A stretch of DNA of 61,881 bases, filler included, from Choristocarpus tenellus KU-1152 (GCA_964200185.2; 10 parts of 10 records of this genome joined end to end with filler, not necessarily neighbours in it); one strand, 5' to 3'. Shown: positions 26,779 through 41,146, counted from the first letter of the whole stretch. The notes: generated by a model not told the origin, from the letters alone. Translations and numbers: made by a program.

Positions 26779-27037
26779 GAGCCAAAGGATCTTAGAGGGT
26801 AGAGCCGCATCCATTTGGGGGTCTAAATCCAATGTTACGATTTTGATGTAATTTTGGCTATCTTATTTGTTAGGAAGTGTCAATATCTATGTTTCGAACA
26901 CAACTTTTCATAACATAAACATTTTATCTGCTCCTAAACATTTTAGAGTAGGAAAATGTCATAAACAAAACTCATGGGAAGCCAAGCCCCCAATGGACAA
27001 ACAGGGTAAAACTCGTACCCTCTAAGATACTTCACTC
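26779..27037 (+). mobile_element. MITE family A, full copy
   Basis: Same TIRs and internal sequence; TSD AACG/AACG. Confidence 0.9.
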
Positions 27038-27359
27038 AACGGTGGTACACAGGTACAGAACCAGATTTCATTTGAAGTAGATGCACTGGGGGTGGGGGGA
27101 TAGAATGATTCAGACGGCGTAAGTTCATTACGCCAGACGACAAGGGGTTGATGTGGTTAATTCAGAATACTTTTATCACTCTTGGAATGCCTTTGCAGAG
27201 GGACTTCTACACCTGTTCAGATACCTTTAAGGAACTATCTTAGCCCAGAGAGGGAATTGTAGCATTACCGTCTCATAATATACGATTCTTCCAACAAGTT
27301 GAAAAGGCAAATACACCGCCTGAAGGGAACACGGCCAATTGAGACACAGAGCAAGTATA

Positions 27360-27617
27360 GAGTCAAAGTATCTTAGAGGGTATAGCCGCTTCCGTTTGAA
27401 GGCCAAAATCCAATATTGCGATTTTGATGTAAATTGGGCTATCATGTTTGTTAGGAGATGCCAATATCCTTGTTCCGGACGCTCCTTTTCATAATGTATA
27501 CATTTTACCTACTTCCGAAACATTTTGGAGTAGGTAAAATGTCATTAAAAACCCGTGTGAAGCCAAACCCCAAATAGACAAACAGGGGAAACACTACCCT
27601 CTAAGATACTTTCACTC
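27360..27617 (+). mobile_element. MITE family A, full copy
   Basis: GAGTCAAAGTATC...GATACTTTCACTC; flanks ATA/ATA. Confidence 0.9.
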
Positions 27618-30134
27618 ATAGTATGAGCATATCACATGTTACCAATACAATGGATGTAGTTGTTGCACTGTGATGAAGAGAGTGTGGATGTGCACAATGC
27701 TGGGCTCATTCAACGTACCTAAAAAAATAAAATAGTGTATCTTGGATTAAATCGATGATGTGGTCATCTGAGCAATCGTGCACACATCTTACAACCTGTA
27801 GCTAGCTCTAGAGGTGCCTCACTGTGACAATGGGTTGGTAAGTGTAAAAAATCTAGTGGAGAAAATGCATAATATGAAATAGCGGTGTAACTCTGTATAC
27901 ACATATCGCCTAGATGTCAAGAGCTTCAGAGTTGTTGACTTGGCCATTGCACGTAAAATATTCCATGCGCTTTACCTTATCATTCCTTCTTGCCATATAT
28001 TGTAGGGCTAGATATCAAAGGGGCTTTTTTCTCAGCTGAACAGGAGCATGATGTTTGGGGTAGCTTGACATAGTTAAATTACAAATACTTCATGTTCACA
28101 GCTCTTCCAGAGTGTATACCGCGACTCCAATTTTTCCACTCAGTTTGACGCTTTTCCTTTCTTGTCGTATTACCAGTATTCTTACCCAGTACAAAATCAG
28201 GCAGCAAGATGAAACCCCTTACCTAAACTACTGGTAGCATGGTCCCTGGTAGGTCTACTCTAAACCTGAGATTCCGAAAGTAGCATATATCATTGTAGTG
28301 GTGACTTGTTCATTCTTCAAGTATTATTCATATGCTAGAGGGGGATGGAATATGTAGAGGAATAATACAAATCAAGAGAAATCATTTCTCATTAAGTAGT
28401 CGATCAATATTCTGGACCCTGTGTCGGCATAGTTCATGACATAAGAAATCTCCACCAGTCATGGATCTGTGGATATGTTCTGCCAACGACTTCCCTAATC
28501 TGCATGCGCCACATAAATGAAAGGATTCATTAAAGCATATGATTGCACGAGTGCTTTAGCAGAAGGATTACAATTTCACACCACTCAAACCTTTTTCATC
28601 TTTTGGATTTATTATACATTTTAACAATGTGTGTGTATCATTATTCGATTGGAATAGCTCAACACCATGCTCCTTTATCCGTAAGTCTACATCGTTATGG
28701 TTTTTTGTGAATAACTCTTTCAAATGTGAGATTCAGAAAAAAACAAATTATATCATTTGAGAGCCAACAACTTTGGTTTGGGCATTGATATCTTTTAAAT
28801 GTTTTTTCATTTCGAAATGGCTGAGAAAACCGTCCCCTCAACACAGACGGGTTTTTTCGGAAATGGCAGATTTAGCTAAACCAGAAAAATCGAAAAAAAG
28901 TGGCTAAAAATGATGAAAATATCTTTTTTTTTCACGGACCATACCTCACATGTACGTAGAAATTCTGAAGAATAGTAAACGAAACCTTGAAACTGACAGA
29001 ACAATTGGTCAGAATGGTGTGTTCCGAGTTTGTTAAAAAAGGGAATCAGAGAAGCAGACCACTGCACATGACCTTTCGGCACAATTTTGATTGGTTGGAC
29101 CCGAGTTAGCAGGCTAGTTTGGAGTTAGCAAGAGTTACCCGAGAAAATTGTCGTCACGCGCGCTAGACTAACTCAAGAACAGGAACACAGTTTCGGTAAA
29201 ATCAGTGCCAAGAACCAGCCAGCTTAGATGTGTCGGGAAAAACCAATGAAAACTATTCACATGTCAGAAAAATCCCTTTAAAAGTAGCAGCTGTCGCAAA
29301 TGCGAAAAACATTAAACTATTTGCTATTTTTCTACCAGCTATCCTCTACCACTGCCTTCCTGTGCCTCCGACCTAGCTATTCCTGCACCCCAGGGTGAGA
29401 AGCCAGGGAAGCATCCCAAGAATCTAACAAGCCCCTCCTTGCCAATCTCCCTGGTGTCTCCAGCTTAAAACGCATGACGCGTCTAAATAGGGCCACCTGC
29501 GTTGTTATAGACTACTTCAGTATAATATTATAAAGCGGGTTATATTATAAAACCTTATTAGTTGGTTGAATAATAACCACCCAGTTCGAGGTTTGATAGG
29601 CTATGTTTTCAATCATATCAGAGTCAAATCAATTTAGAGGTAGGCAAGTTTGGACCCCTGTGCATTCTAAGCCATCTCTTACCCTGTGCAATGCATTCTA
29701 TTGGATTGCATTATGTGCACAATAGTGTACGCGAAATTGAATTTCACCTTCTACACACAGAGTAATACAAAAATTATGCAAGGGCGAGTCAAACCAACTG
29801 AGAGGTAGGGAGGGCTGCATTATAAGGATCCCGAGAAAGCGCAAAAAGATACCATTTTCGTCCAATTGTTGAAAGAGCCTTTGCCGAAGTGTTATGTTAC
29901 TTTGGGTGCGAAAGGGGGGAATATCAATATTGCGTAAACCATTGTGCACATCAGGCAATAAATATATTGTATTGCACAGGGGGGGGAAAAGCTTGGAATG
30001 AGAAAGGGCCCAAACCTGCCCACCTCTCAAGTAGTTCGCCTCTCAGATTCACACAATTGAAGCAAGACAATAATGGCCTCTCCCACATACTGTTCGCCTA
30101 CACACATACATGGAGAACCTATGAAAATGTTTTC

Positions 30135-30365
30135 TAGTCAAAGTGAGAGGTGCCCAGAGTAGCATTTAAAGGTTGCTGAAAAATAAGTGCAAAATTCGAC
30201 TTTTTTACGATTGGGTATGGATATTTTCCGAATCGTGTCGAGAATTTTCAAACAAAAAAGAAACCAACCTTCTCCAGGCAAACTTAGCTCTTCATCCACA
30301 GAAATGTGAGTGAAGAATTGAAAACTGGCTTATAATGCAAAACAACCAAAAGCTGTTATTTTTTA
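30135..30365 (-). mobile_element. MITE family B, diverged copy in reverse orientation
   Basis: Reverse complement aligns with 41147-41408 (CTGGCTTATAATGCAAAAC, TTCATCCACAGAAAT, AGTCAAAGTGAGAGGTGCCCAG). Confidence 0.65.
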
Positions 30366-31619
30366 TGTATCTGGTAGTCCTTTAGCTGGCAGGAGCATGC
30401 AGGGACTGTCTGCTCATGGCCATCTTGTTACGTATTGCCATGAACTGTGCTTGGCAGATTGAAGCCATTGACCGGGCCTACTTGGCCAATTTTCCATGCG
30501 GAATCCGAGCATCACCACATGACATACCTGTTCGTATAGTGTAGAAATTCTTCGAATCATGCCTTGCACACTGCATAATAGCTTTTTCCGTAATCTTTGT
30601 TCTTGGGTTATTACATGTCAATTTTGTTGTGTGTAATTAGTGTTTAGTTATCCGGATGGATGTACCAAATGTGAACTTAAAAAAATATTTTTCCCCGTAG
30701 GACCCTGGGTGATGCTGGCGGCTCTAATTATGTTGGTGGCTGAAATGATGTTGGCGGCTCTAATGATGCCCTGTCCCACATCTGCAAGGTACTAGTGAGT
30801 AGTGTCTGAGTCTTTGCTGACCCTCTTAGCTACATAGAGGATTCTCTTTCCTGTTTTTCATGTCATCTTGTGCATATTACTTCTCTGCTGCGCTACTTTT
30901 GTACAAATGTAGAAAAGCGTACAATATACACTCGAAAGGGCCTGAACACTGTACTCCGAAAATTGAAAGCCTCCACCAGCGCAAGGAAAACAAGTAGGTA
31001 AGGTATACTGTGTGCAAGGCAGAGGCAGCTATCCATACAAAAAGATCTGCGAAGTATCTGCACAGAAGGAGAAACCAACATCTGGCATATAATTTGAAGA
31101 GTTCTCCAAGAGAGAATATTCTGTGTTGTGAACATGCCTTTATACAGGGTCAGTCCAAGGCTATTCAGAAATCTTAATCGGGCCAAGCTCAGGGTCGGCT
31201 CTATTGAAGTATGTTTCAACGGGGTCAGCCCTGAACCGTCAGAGATTCACAACCGGGCCACGGACCAGCCTGTGGCCCCGACTATATCTAATAAAATAGA
31301 TTCCCAAGTGCCTTTGGGACGATTTGGGGATTGGTCCAGGTTGGCCCAGGTTGACCAGGCCGTCCTGGACCAATCTTGACGGGGTCACCTCGGTTCCAAA
31401 AACATCTTATACCTGGGCAACTATATATATTAACAGGGCAGGTCCACACGGTTGTCAGATGCTGCAATGGGACCAGGCGGGGGTCAGGGACTGGGCACTC
31501 TATGGTCATTCGACCCTATGAACTACCGATCCCCTAACAACATATTTCTACACTTTTTGTAACTACTATTTGTATTTCTTCAAGGGCCCATTGGATTTCC
31601 TCAGAACCTCTGTCCTGTT

Positions 31620-32060
31620 CATCAAAAACGTTAAACAGAACAGTCTTGGAGTAGACTGAACGGTAGAGGGTGGTATGTGATGATAGTTACAAGTATCATG
31701 CACTTCACGTCTAGTGATAGGTACTACTCTGGAGTGGAGCACTTCGTAGTGGCTCTTGTATCGTTGCCGACCAGAGTGCAACTACAAAATATCACACCCA
31801 TTTTTTTTGGGAAGAGTGGGATTGATCACTGTCGATAACTTTGACTTGTTTGTTCCTTTTGAGGTCGTGTTGAGCTGTGGTCAAAAAGGGATATATACTC
31901 ACAATTTTAATCCAAAGGGGATGTAGAACTATTCACAAGGAAATGGAGTTGCTTGTATTGGAGAGTATTATGGGTGCCATTTGCATTATTGTACTACACG
32001 TGGTCCAGATTTTCGGGATATAAGCCCTGAATATACGACACCGCTACTAAGTTTGCAATT
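31620..32060 (+). mobile_element. Possible highly decayed Copia integrase/SH3 fragment
   Basis: Weak remnants (LWSGAL..., FVPF...NFNPKG...YSQG) with many stops. Confidence 0.3.
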
Positions 32061-32645
32061 CCGTAATTGTAGCTTGCAGCTGAGGAGAGTATAAACACAG
32101 ATAGTGAGCCTCACATGATGCCCCTTGTACAGAAGCCAGGAGAGGAAGGAGATGGAATCTTCACAGGATCCACTTCGCTAGACAGTCACATGGTTGAAAT
32201 GTTGCGAGGTGAACCATTATTTGCTGGTGAGGAGCCAATTAGTTCCCAAACTTTGTAGAAGAAAAAAAAACTGAGTTCACAATAAACTCCTACAATATTG
32301 ACCCTTGTAAAAGAAAGAAAACATACAACAAAAGCTACAAAAGTAAAAGACCACATATATCAAAAGAGTTCCAGTGTATATGAAAACAGAAGAAAGAAAG
32401 AAAGAAATGGTAAATATGAATACTATGTAGTTTAGTAGTAGTACAAATAAATAGGGCCAGTGCAAGAAGAAGAGTCAAAACTCCACAGAGACTGACACGA
32501 CTAAGGCGGTCAAGAAGAAAGACAAGAAGTTCAAGAATCGGTCAAGTCACTCTTAGCCCACCCACCGGATGTCTCCAACAGTTTCAAAAACGTGACACCT
32601 CTGGATACTGCAATTTGAGCAGATACTGTCACAATTGACCGCAGG

Positions 32646-33079
32646 TGTCTTACAGGCGATATGCCTTATGGCGGTTTCATAAACACCATCATGACCTTGA
32701 AGTCCTAGATTTGATATATTTGTACTTCTTGAATATTTATTTGTTATTTAGTCATTATCCTGCCCCCAGGTGGTATATCGTTGCCAGTTCGATTTATATG
32801 ATGATATCGATGATACTTATGAAGGGAATAATTCAAGTGAGAGATCCAGCATACTTGACGACTTGTGCATCAGGAGTCCTGTACGTGCATCAGTGTCATC
32901 TATAGGCTTGTGGGCTGGAGCTATACATCCTGTGGAGGTAAGCTTCTGGATCATGCTCTAACATGGAGGCCCTACCTTGTCTCTTCAAACTGGAGAGAAT
33001 ACTCATTATTCACCCCAGCACTTAGGATCTTGGTAGCTCCCTACTATAGACTGGATTTTCTTTGGAGTGTGCTGTAACA
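32646..33079 (+). mobile_element. Second member of the TRIM-like LTR family
   Basis: LTR-like segment ends CTAACA (32963), then TGGAGGCCCTACC and an internal region matching 14038-14105. The LTR body matches 40371-40620 on the reverse strand. Confidence 0.6.
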
Positions 33080-34199
33080 GGTGTGCGACCCAAAGTATCT
33101 GGGGGGGGGGGGGGGGGGCCTGCGCGGAGCCAAAGTATTTGAGGGGGGGGGGGGGGGGGAAGNNNNNNNNNNNNNNNNNNNNNNNNNNNNNNNNNNNNNN
33201 NNNNNNTTAATTAATTAANNNNNNNNNNNNNNNNNNNNNNNNNNNNNNNNNNNNNNNNNNNNTGGGAACCTCACTCGGTACCACAGTATAACGGTATATG
33301 GCTTACGGCAAAAACGGTATAATAACAGAAAAACATGCTTTCAATACTCACCGTTCACTCCTGAATGTTGGTTTCGCATTGTCTTTCTCTTTTGGGGTTG
33401 ACTTCAGATTGCACACCTTTTTCCTTTTCCTTTCTTGCCTTTGTATGGTGTGTGATAATGAGTGGTACTCGAATTGTATGGACTTCCTGTGGCATTGATT
33501 TTTTTTTCTTTCACCTTTGTTCACATGGGGCCTGGCGATGTGCGATTACGCTACTGAAGTCCTATCTCAATAATTGGGTGATGGATCATTACACCTGAAT
33601 TTATCTTTGATACCTTTTGTCAATATGCTTTCACTAAGATCTTTCTCCTTTTCTCTCTTCTTTATGTTCAGGTCTGGGATCCATCGGACTAGTGTGAACG
33701 ATATTAATATAGAAGTATTTTTATAGTACGTATCGCTTATATAGAACGGTGGATACTTGTAACTATGGTAGGCCGCCTCAGGTCACATGTATGTGAATGT
33801 TCCTGTAACTGTATGCGGGTATGAGTTTGTTTTGGAGTTTGTGGTCGAGCTGGGCGAGGGTATCGGGGAATGTCAGGTATTCCTATTGCTTTCTGTTAGT
33901 ATTTGTTGATAAGTATAGCATTGGACTTATTCAACCCAGAGAGGATAATTGAAAAACCCACAGTGAGATTTCCTAGAAATTCCATCTTTTTGCCCGTTGA
34001 TTTCTCCAATATGGAACGGAAATGCTCTTTTCTCATGCATACCATAGTTTATCGTTGGTGGGGGAGCTTGTTGAGATGAGACTTAACTCTCGTACAGTGC
34101 TGTCCTGTGCGCGATTTGTTGGTATTTAAGGCGTATCATAGCCTTGTCACTCAGTGACGATGATGATCACTGTTGTTGTCTTTTTTGGTGTAACCCCGT

Positions 34200-34378
34200 A
34201 TGTTCTATATGAGCCTGTTTTGTTGTTTTATGTCGCGATTTTTGGGTCATTTGGTTGCATGCATCGAACAGCCGATTTCAAAAATTGAGGATGGATAATG
34301 TAAGTACACTTATCCTAGTGAGGGCCCAAATGGACACCCTGGTGTAAGCACCCCCTTCCCCCCAGATACTTTGAGCCA
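34200..34378 (-). mobile_element. MITE family C (G-tract TIR GGYTCAAAGTATCTGGGGG); further ends at about 20558, 20690, 33088, 33128, 36718 and 36920-37088
   Basis: Reverse complement GGCTCAAAGTATCTGGGGG...ACACCAGGGTGTCCATTTGGGCC...ACTTACATTATC matches 36940-37000. Confidence 0.6.
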
Positions 34379-34829
34379 GATAGAAGAGTATGTAGAGTGA
34401 GTGGTGTTGGAGGCACGAGAGAGGAGGAGGCGTCTCTTTCGGGACCAACACTCAATGCGAAAAAAAGGATGATCGATCTTCGCTTTCTGCACTTCATCGT
34501 CATCACTATCATGTTTCTCACAAAACAAAGAATTAACAATTAATGCGTGCAGTAGTGGTCCTAATAATACCAGATAGTTGTATGTAGTGCGTTATGGATT
34601 GGCAGTAGTAGTAGTAGTAATGGTAGCAGCAGCAGCAGCAGCGGCAGCAGTAGTATGTAGTATGTGCGATGTATTGTACACAACATACCACAAAATACTA
34701 CATACTGTACAATACATAAAATAATAATATACTAATAATATATACTGCACAGAAGCAGCAAGGAGTGTGTGTATATGTGGTGTTTGGTGTGCTGTTAGTG
34801 CCACATGCAACACTCAATCGCACAAACTA

Positions 34830-34861
<32 letters not shown>

Positions 34862-35049
34862 TCGAACACACACAAACGGCAGACACACATATAATATATA
34901 CTATAGCTTCTCTGCAACTGTCAGGAAGTAGTAGTGCGAAAAGAATCCAACAATATCATTCCAACAATTAGTGCGCCATACAGTAAGCCCAAGTAAGACA
35001 TTATGCTTGAACTTACTCAGGCTCTAGTAAGTCAAAGTGTTCTAAATTC

Positions 35050-36030
35050 GTCCCCGATCAGCTTGTGATATCTGCACCGCTTGGCCCCAGGTTCCTGCAG
35101 TACATGTGACATGTACTACGTGCTCCTTCTGACACATGCACCATTCTCCCACCAAATTGCTCAACATGATGACTTTCAGTTGTTCCTGCCTATGATGCTG
35201 CTAAACACCATCGTCTACTACATAGACAACAATATTCAGTTGTAGCACAGTTGCCGTAACTCCCAGGACTTACACTCCAGGTATGCATTAGGATCAACTA
35301 CCCTGTCACCAATGCTCCAGAGGAGGAGATTGCGATGTTGGGTGTTACTCCACTGCCCTTTCCACCTCCCACTCTTTATCCCAATCCCATTCAATTCGTC
35401 CTCTTGATATGGAGTTGTTCAAATTCAAAGTCCAACCGTTCCATACCAGCCATAGCGGAAGTGTGATCATCATTTGCAGGCAAACATCAGCAAAGTTGCA
35501 ATGTGCTTCTGCAGGTCTTTGGGTGTGTTTAATGTTATCTGAAGACACAAGACGGGTGTAGAAAACACAATAAAAGCAATGTCAACGACGCAGGGGGCAT
35601 GATTCAACGTTGCTCGGTGTCTACAAAAAGCGGATGTTTTCAACATTAATTTGTTCACTGTAAAAGAAGATGAGAGACAACAAGCCGCAAGTAAGTGTGC
35701 AATGTAGTGTTGAAAGAGTACCAATGGAGGAACAGACTGTATAGTATGTAACAGAGGCGTGTTTGCTATGAGACATGTTTTCATTCTTGAGGGCATTCAA
35801 TAGAGTGCGGATTCAACAACTGCCGTCTGCAGGGCTTGGGTACGTATCAAGCGTCACCCCCAATAGCTCTCCAACCCCGCACACATAATCGCCACGCTGT
35901 GCATCTGTTCCCTCAATGCGCATTGGAGTGTGAACCTCCATAGATCCTCCTCGTTGAGGTAGGATCCAGTACCCACAAATATTTACAAGAAAGGTTTGAG
36001 GACATGGAACCAGCAGCAACAGTAAGGGTT
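35050..36030 (-). mobile_element. Probable decayed LINE fragment
   Basis: Remnants CKYLWV (KYLGV-like) and AVVESALY in fragmented frames. Confidence 0.3.
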
Positions 36031-36535
36031 ATGTTTAGGAGGGGAATATAATTGAACATGACTCAGTCTTTTTCCAAACCCTGCTTACAAGAAAACAGTT
36101 GATGTAGGGGTGAGTAAACTACCAGCACCAATACATATATTAACAGCAGAAACTGCGACAAGGGTTATACGGCTGCACACGCAATATATACCAGCACTAT
36201 TACTTACTACTGTGATTGGACCTATCAAACAAACACCACCACCAATCATACATGGTGAATTGAAAAACAGTGATATGAAGAAGAATCATCGCTACTCACT
36301 TTTATGGCAACTACGAGCGCCACCATACAAACGAATTACGAAAAGCACTATCCATTCCAGTAGGTGTCGATATAAAACACCTAAACATACCTAATGCAAT
36401 ATTATGTATGAAAAGCTTGGCTACACTTCATTCCTCCTAAAAGCACTTCCGATTTATGTTTCACGTTCCTATGCCAACAGCTCACCTCCCACTCAAAGTG
36501 TCGAGATGACATGACCATCAATGTTTTCTCGTAAG

Positions 36536-36717
36536 GGGTCAAAAGTATCTTCAAGGGTAGAGCCGCGTCCGCTTGGGGACCAAAATCCAATGTTGCAATT
36601 TTTGTGTTATATTGGCTATCGTGTTTGTTAGGAAGAAGTGTCAATATCCTTGCCCAGACACACCTTTTCATAATGTACAAATTTTATCTACTCTGAAACA
36701 TTTTGGAGTAGGTAAAA
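36536..36717 (+). mobile_element. MITE family A copy interrupted by a family C end at 36718
   Basis: Family A sequence runs to TTGGAGTAGGTAAAA and then switches to GGGTCAAAGTATCTGGGGG. Confidence 0.8.
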
Positions 36718-37339
36718 GGGTCAAAGTATCTGGGGGGGGGTGTTGGCATCCGTTTTTCACCCTTTTTTCGATTTTCACTTTTTTGGNNNNNNNNNNNNNN
36801 NNNNNNNNNNNNNNNNNNNNNNNNNNNNNNTTAATTAATTAANNNNNNNNNNNNNNNNNNNNNNNNNNNNNNNNNNNNNNNNNNNNAAAAAACATATTGC
36901 AGGTACCCCGCCCCGGGGGCTGAGGGGGGGGGGGGGGGTCAACACCAGGGTGTCCATTCGGGCCTGACCAGGAGAAGTGAACTTACATTATCTATCCGAC
37001 GCACACAACCAAATTACTCTAAAATCGTGACATGGAAAAGGGGACCCCGAATAGTTAGCCACCACCACCCCCCTAGATACTTTTGAGTTCCCTAGCATGA
37101 AGCATAACTGCTTCAATGCAAAGAACAGGTGATTAGACAAGGAAATAAAATGTCACTTTCAAGTCCTAACATATCAGCAGGCAGGGTTGAGGATCCAGCG
37201 GAGGAGGAAACCTGGAGGAAAAACCCCCTTCCAACATTATTTGCTCTGACAACAGACATGCTAGCGTGACACTTGTACCTCACAGCACTCACTCTGCATT
37301 TGACTCAACGTTCAAGAGAATACCTCCTACGCCAGGGTC

Positions 37340-38170
37340 TCACACTCTTGTCAAAATAGGGCACTGTTCCAAAAAGGACTCTCTCCATTTCAAAACCATC
37401 AAACACAAACAAAAATAGATACAAAAATAATGTCCCACAGTCACAGAGAGAGACAGTGCTGCCAGAGAGAAAAACAAAGAAAAAAATATCTCAAAATAAG
37501 GAAATAGCAGGGTGCTGTCATAGAAAGACTCCACCCCTGTAAAACTATTCAACACAAATACAGATACAAAAATCACCGTAGCACTGAACTAGGGTACTGC
37601 CATAGACTCTACCCTTCAGAACTATGAACACAAACAACTACAGGTCACCAAGACAATATCTCACGGTCACAGAGAGAGATAGGGTGCTTCCGTGGAAAGG
37701 CTTACCCTCACTATGTACTATGAACATATAAACAAATAAAGACAAATGTCTTACAACAGTAGAAAAATAAGGGATGTCACAGCAAGACTTTCTCCATTCA
37801 CAACTATCAACACAAATGAACATAAGCGCAGAAACACCGTAACACTGAATTAGGTTACTGCCATAGACTCTCCCCCCCCAGAGCTATAAACACAAACGCC
37901 CGCAGGACACCAAGATAATGTCTGACCGTCACAAAGAAATAGGGTGCTGCCATAGAAAGCTTGCCCTTCCTAGGAACTATGAACATATAAACAAAATCGA
38001 ACAATGTCACACAGTACCATCAAAATAGGCAGTGCCAAAGCAAGATTCTCCCCATTCACAGCTATCAATGAATAAATTCAAGACGCAAGACACAATGATA
38101 ATGTCCCAACAAATACAGACAAAACGCCTGACAATAACATCAGTATAGGGAATGTCATAGCAAGACTGCT
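37340..38170. repeat. Hierarchical satellite, ~261-bp unit built from ~85-90-bp subunits
   Basis: CACCGTARCACTGAAYTAGGKTACTGCCATAGACTCT at 37575 and 37836; recurring GGGTGCTGCCATAGAAAG-like subunits. Confidence 0.75.
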
Positions 38171-38439
38171 CACACTAGTTAAAGCGCAAAATCAGACATG
38201 CTAATCGCTTGTAACATGCCCCTTAGCATGAACTGCGTATTTGCCATGGCTAGGACAAAAGATATCGCTTATCACCTCAATCACGCCACAACATGTACTA
38301 CTTGCCATTGGATGACAAGTCAAAGTTCTAAAATATATTAGATTCCAAAATGGTTTCACAGGGACTTCCAGATTCAAATTTTCCGGCTCCCAACACAGAG
38401 GCTCCAGTTCCAAATAAACCAGCTGTTTCCAACAATGAC

Positions 38440-39800
38440 CGATATGTCCCCTTGTTTCTTTCGAGGATGAATCTCCAAAAGTCAAAATACACAGTCAGAG
38501 TCCGTTCACGTTTGACCTAATCAGAGTATACACTTTCAAAAAATACATAGATCTCTGACTAGGGTCTCAATAGATCAACAAGTATCCTTGTTTTCTTTGG
38601 GAGAATCTGCCCCAAAGGTCACTGAATACCATCAGAGTTAGTTTGCATCTGGCCTAATCCGAGTATACACTTGTTCCTTTTGAAGGTCTGGTTCAAACAT
38701 TACCAAGCATACAACTCTGACATGGCCTAGAATTTATTGGTTCCCCGGTTCCAATCTCCAAAATTACAAATAAATGTGATTAATGTATATCCTTGTTTCC
38801 TTTGGAATTGTCGGTCCACAAGGTCACAGGATACAAACTAAGTCAGTTTGTATCTGGCCTAATCCGAGTATACGCTTGTTCCTGAGTCAAAGTATCTTAG
38901 AGGGTAGGTCCGCGTCCATTCGGGGGCCGAAATCCAATGTTGTGATTTCCATGTAACTTTATCCGTCGCATTTGTTAGGAAGTGTCAGTATCCTTGTTCC
39001 GGACACACCATTCATAACATATACATATTACCTACTCCGAAACATTTCGGAGTAGAAACAATATCACAAAAACCCCATGGGAAGCCAAGCCCCAAATGGA
39101 CAAACAGGGCAAAACTCGTTCCCTCTAAGATACTTTCACTCTCCTTCCAAGGGTCTGGTTCAAAAGTTACAGAGCATACATCTCTGACTTGGTCCACAAT
39201 TAATGCGTCTCGAGTTCCAATCTTCCCAATCACAACTGTGATTTATGTATACCCTTGTTTCCCTTTAGAGTGTCCCTCCTAAAAGACAGAGGATACAATC
39301 ATAGTCAGTTCGCATCTGGTCTAATCTGAGTATACACTTGTTTCTTCTGAACCACACCTTCAAAAGTTACAAAGCATGCACTTCTGACTTGGCCTACAGA
39401 ACATTGGTCCTCAGTTCCGACCTTCCCAATCACAAGTGAAATCAATGTGTATCTCTGCTTCCTTTGGGAGAGTCCCTCCAAGAGGTCAATACAATCACAT
39501 CCAATTCGCTTTTAGTCTAATCAGAGCGCAAACATTTCCCTTCTGAGGGCCTGGTTCAAACTTTACCAGGCATACATCTCTAATCTGGCTTACCATAAAA
39601 GGGTTCCCAGTTTTCCCTTCATCTCATGCCATACCTGACCTTCCAGGTGTACATCTATTACCCTTGGGATAAGCAGATCATTTCTGCCCTATTGAGTTTC
39701 TCCCAATCTCCCTCTTCAAAAAGTACCCTCCACTATGGTAACTTGAAATCGATACCTTTTCCTGAGCGCCAAGTTTCAATTCCTCTTTTGTCATTCGAGG
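38440..39800. repeat. ~203-bp tandem satellite (~6 units) with a MITE inserted in one unit
   Basis: CCTTGTTTCCTTT...CTAATCYGAGTATACACTTG...GGTTCAAA recurs at about 38586, 38791, 39253, 39455 and 39657; period ~203 after removing the MITE. Confidence 0.8.
38884..39141 (+). mobile_element. MITE family A, full copy
   Basis: TSD TCCT/TCCT; the empty site is visible in the neighbouring satellite unit (~38670). Confidence 0.92.
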
Positions 39801-39859
39801 ACTTCTTGACACGGGTATCTGTGGGTCACAGACAAAGCACACGCTGTGCTCCCTTAACC

Positions 39860-40829
39860 ACCTACAAGTGAATTGTGACTGATCGATCTGCTGGATATTT
39901 CTGTATCTGCAAGTATTGACTGCAACACAGGAGAACGCAAACAGACAAAGACTGCACCAACGGATGACAAGAGTGAGCATGTGAATAAGGTGGAACCTAC
40001 TCTACAGAAATCGAGACATGAATAATACACAACATTAATGCTGCTAACAGCCCCATGCATACTCGAAATTATGGTCTAGGACACGGGTGATTGGTGGGAC
40101 CCGGCGGAGACAGTAAGGTGGTCCGCACTCTTGCCTAGCCTCAAGGTTGTAAAGAGAGACCCTGAAGCCATGCACTCCAGCAAAGCCCATTGATGCAGAA
40201 GCTCCGTTCCTCGCTAAGGATGGGTTGTAGATGCGACGATGCAGACCCTTTCACACAGTTAAGAGAAGTGGAAAGGGAGACGAGTCCATGACATTCCAGG
40301 GAGCTGACAACAGTTCCATGCAGTCAGCCAACTTCTCTCTCTGGTTTGAAAAGACAAGGTAGGATCTCCATGTTACAAAACGCTCCTCAAGCTTACCATG
40401 ATAGGATATGAAGCTTCATAAGAATACATTTGGACCATGAACCTCGAACAAGGATCCATGACGCACAAGTGGTCAAGTATGCTGGATCCCTCAGTTCGAT
40501 TTTTTACTTCATAAGTATCATCACCTAAAAAATGGGAACTGGTCGATGACGTCCCATCCCAATGCGAAAGCACAATGACTACATATAAAAAGAAGTACAA
40601 ATATATATAATATAACACTTGAAGTCCATAATAAAGTTTAATTGCGCTTATCTCTATGGACAATTTTTCTGTCTCTCTCACGCCTTCACTCGTGTACATC
40701 GTACATATTTTGAATATTCGTAGGAGTTAAATCTCATGTGTCGTAGCATTTAGAATATTCTTAGGTGTTACACCTCATGTGTGGTAGCATTTAGAATATT
40801 GTGAAGAGTTGTGATTCTGCTTTGTTACA
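39860..40829 (-). mobile_element. LTR (40829-40371) plus PBS and internal sequence, same family as 12976-14307
   Basis: Minus strand reads TGTAACA...TGTAACA followed by TGGAGATCCTACCTTGTCTTTTCAAAC; LTR similar to 32700-32963. Confidence 0.6.
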
Positions 40830-41146
40830 AGTGTTTCTCGGCCAGGGGTTTTGAAACCCCTCAGACTAATGTGAAGGCAAAAATTATGGTGATGATAAAA
40901 ACAACAATAGTTCCTGTAAGTAGTGGACCATAACAGTGTGCACATTACTCTGTAGTGAACAACATTTTTAACAGGGGACATTGTTTTGTACTGTTAGTCT
41001 TCAACTTAGAACTATGTTTTAGAGAGGTGTCTCAGCATTGACGACCAACTGTTGTATTTACAGCAGTCCTTGTAATACAGTCTTGTTATTTCCCTGACAC
41101 ATCTGTAAAATATCTGAGGGCATAATAATATAGCATACTTCGAAGT

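Noticed and set aside
33088-33162. Long poly-G tracts at contig ends as G-quadruplex elements
   Set aside because: They are partly family C TIRs and coincide with assembly breaks, so run lengths are unreliable.
37340-39800. Repeat arrays, and those at 318, 18208 and 52140, as CRISPR-like arrays
   Set aside because: Units are homologous along their whole length with no unique spacers, there are no cas genes, and the context is eukaryotic.
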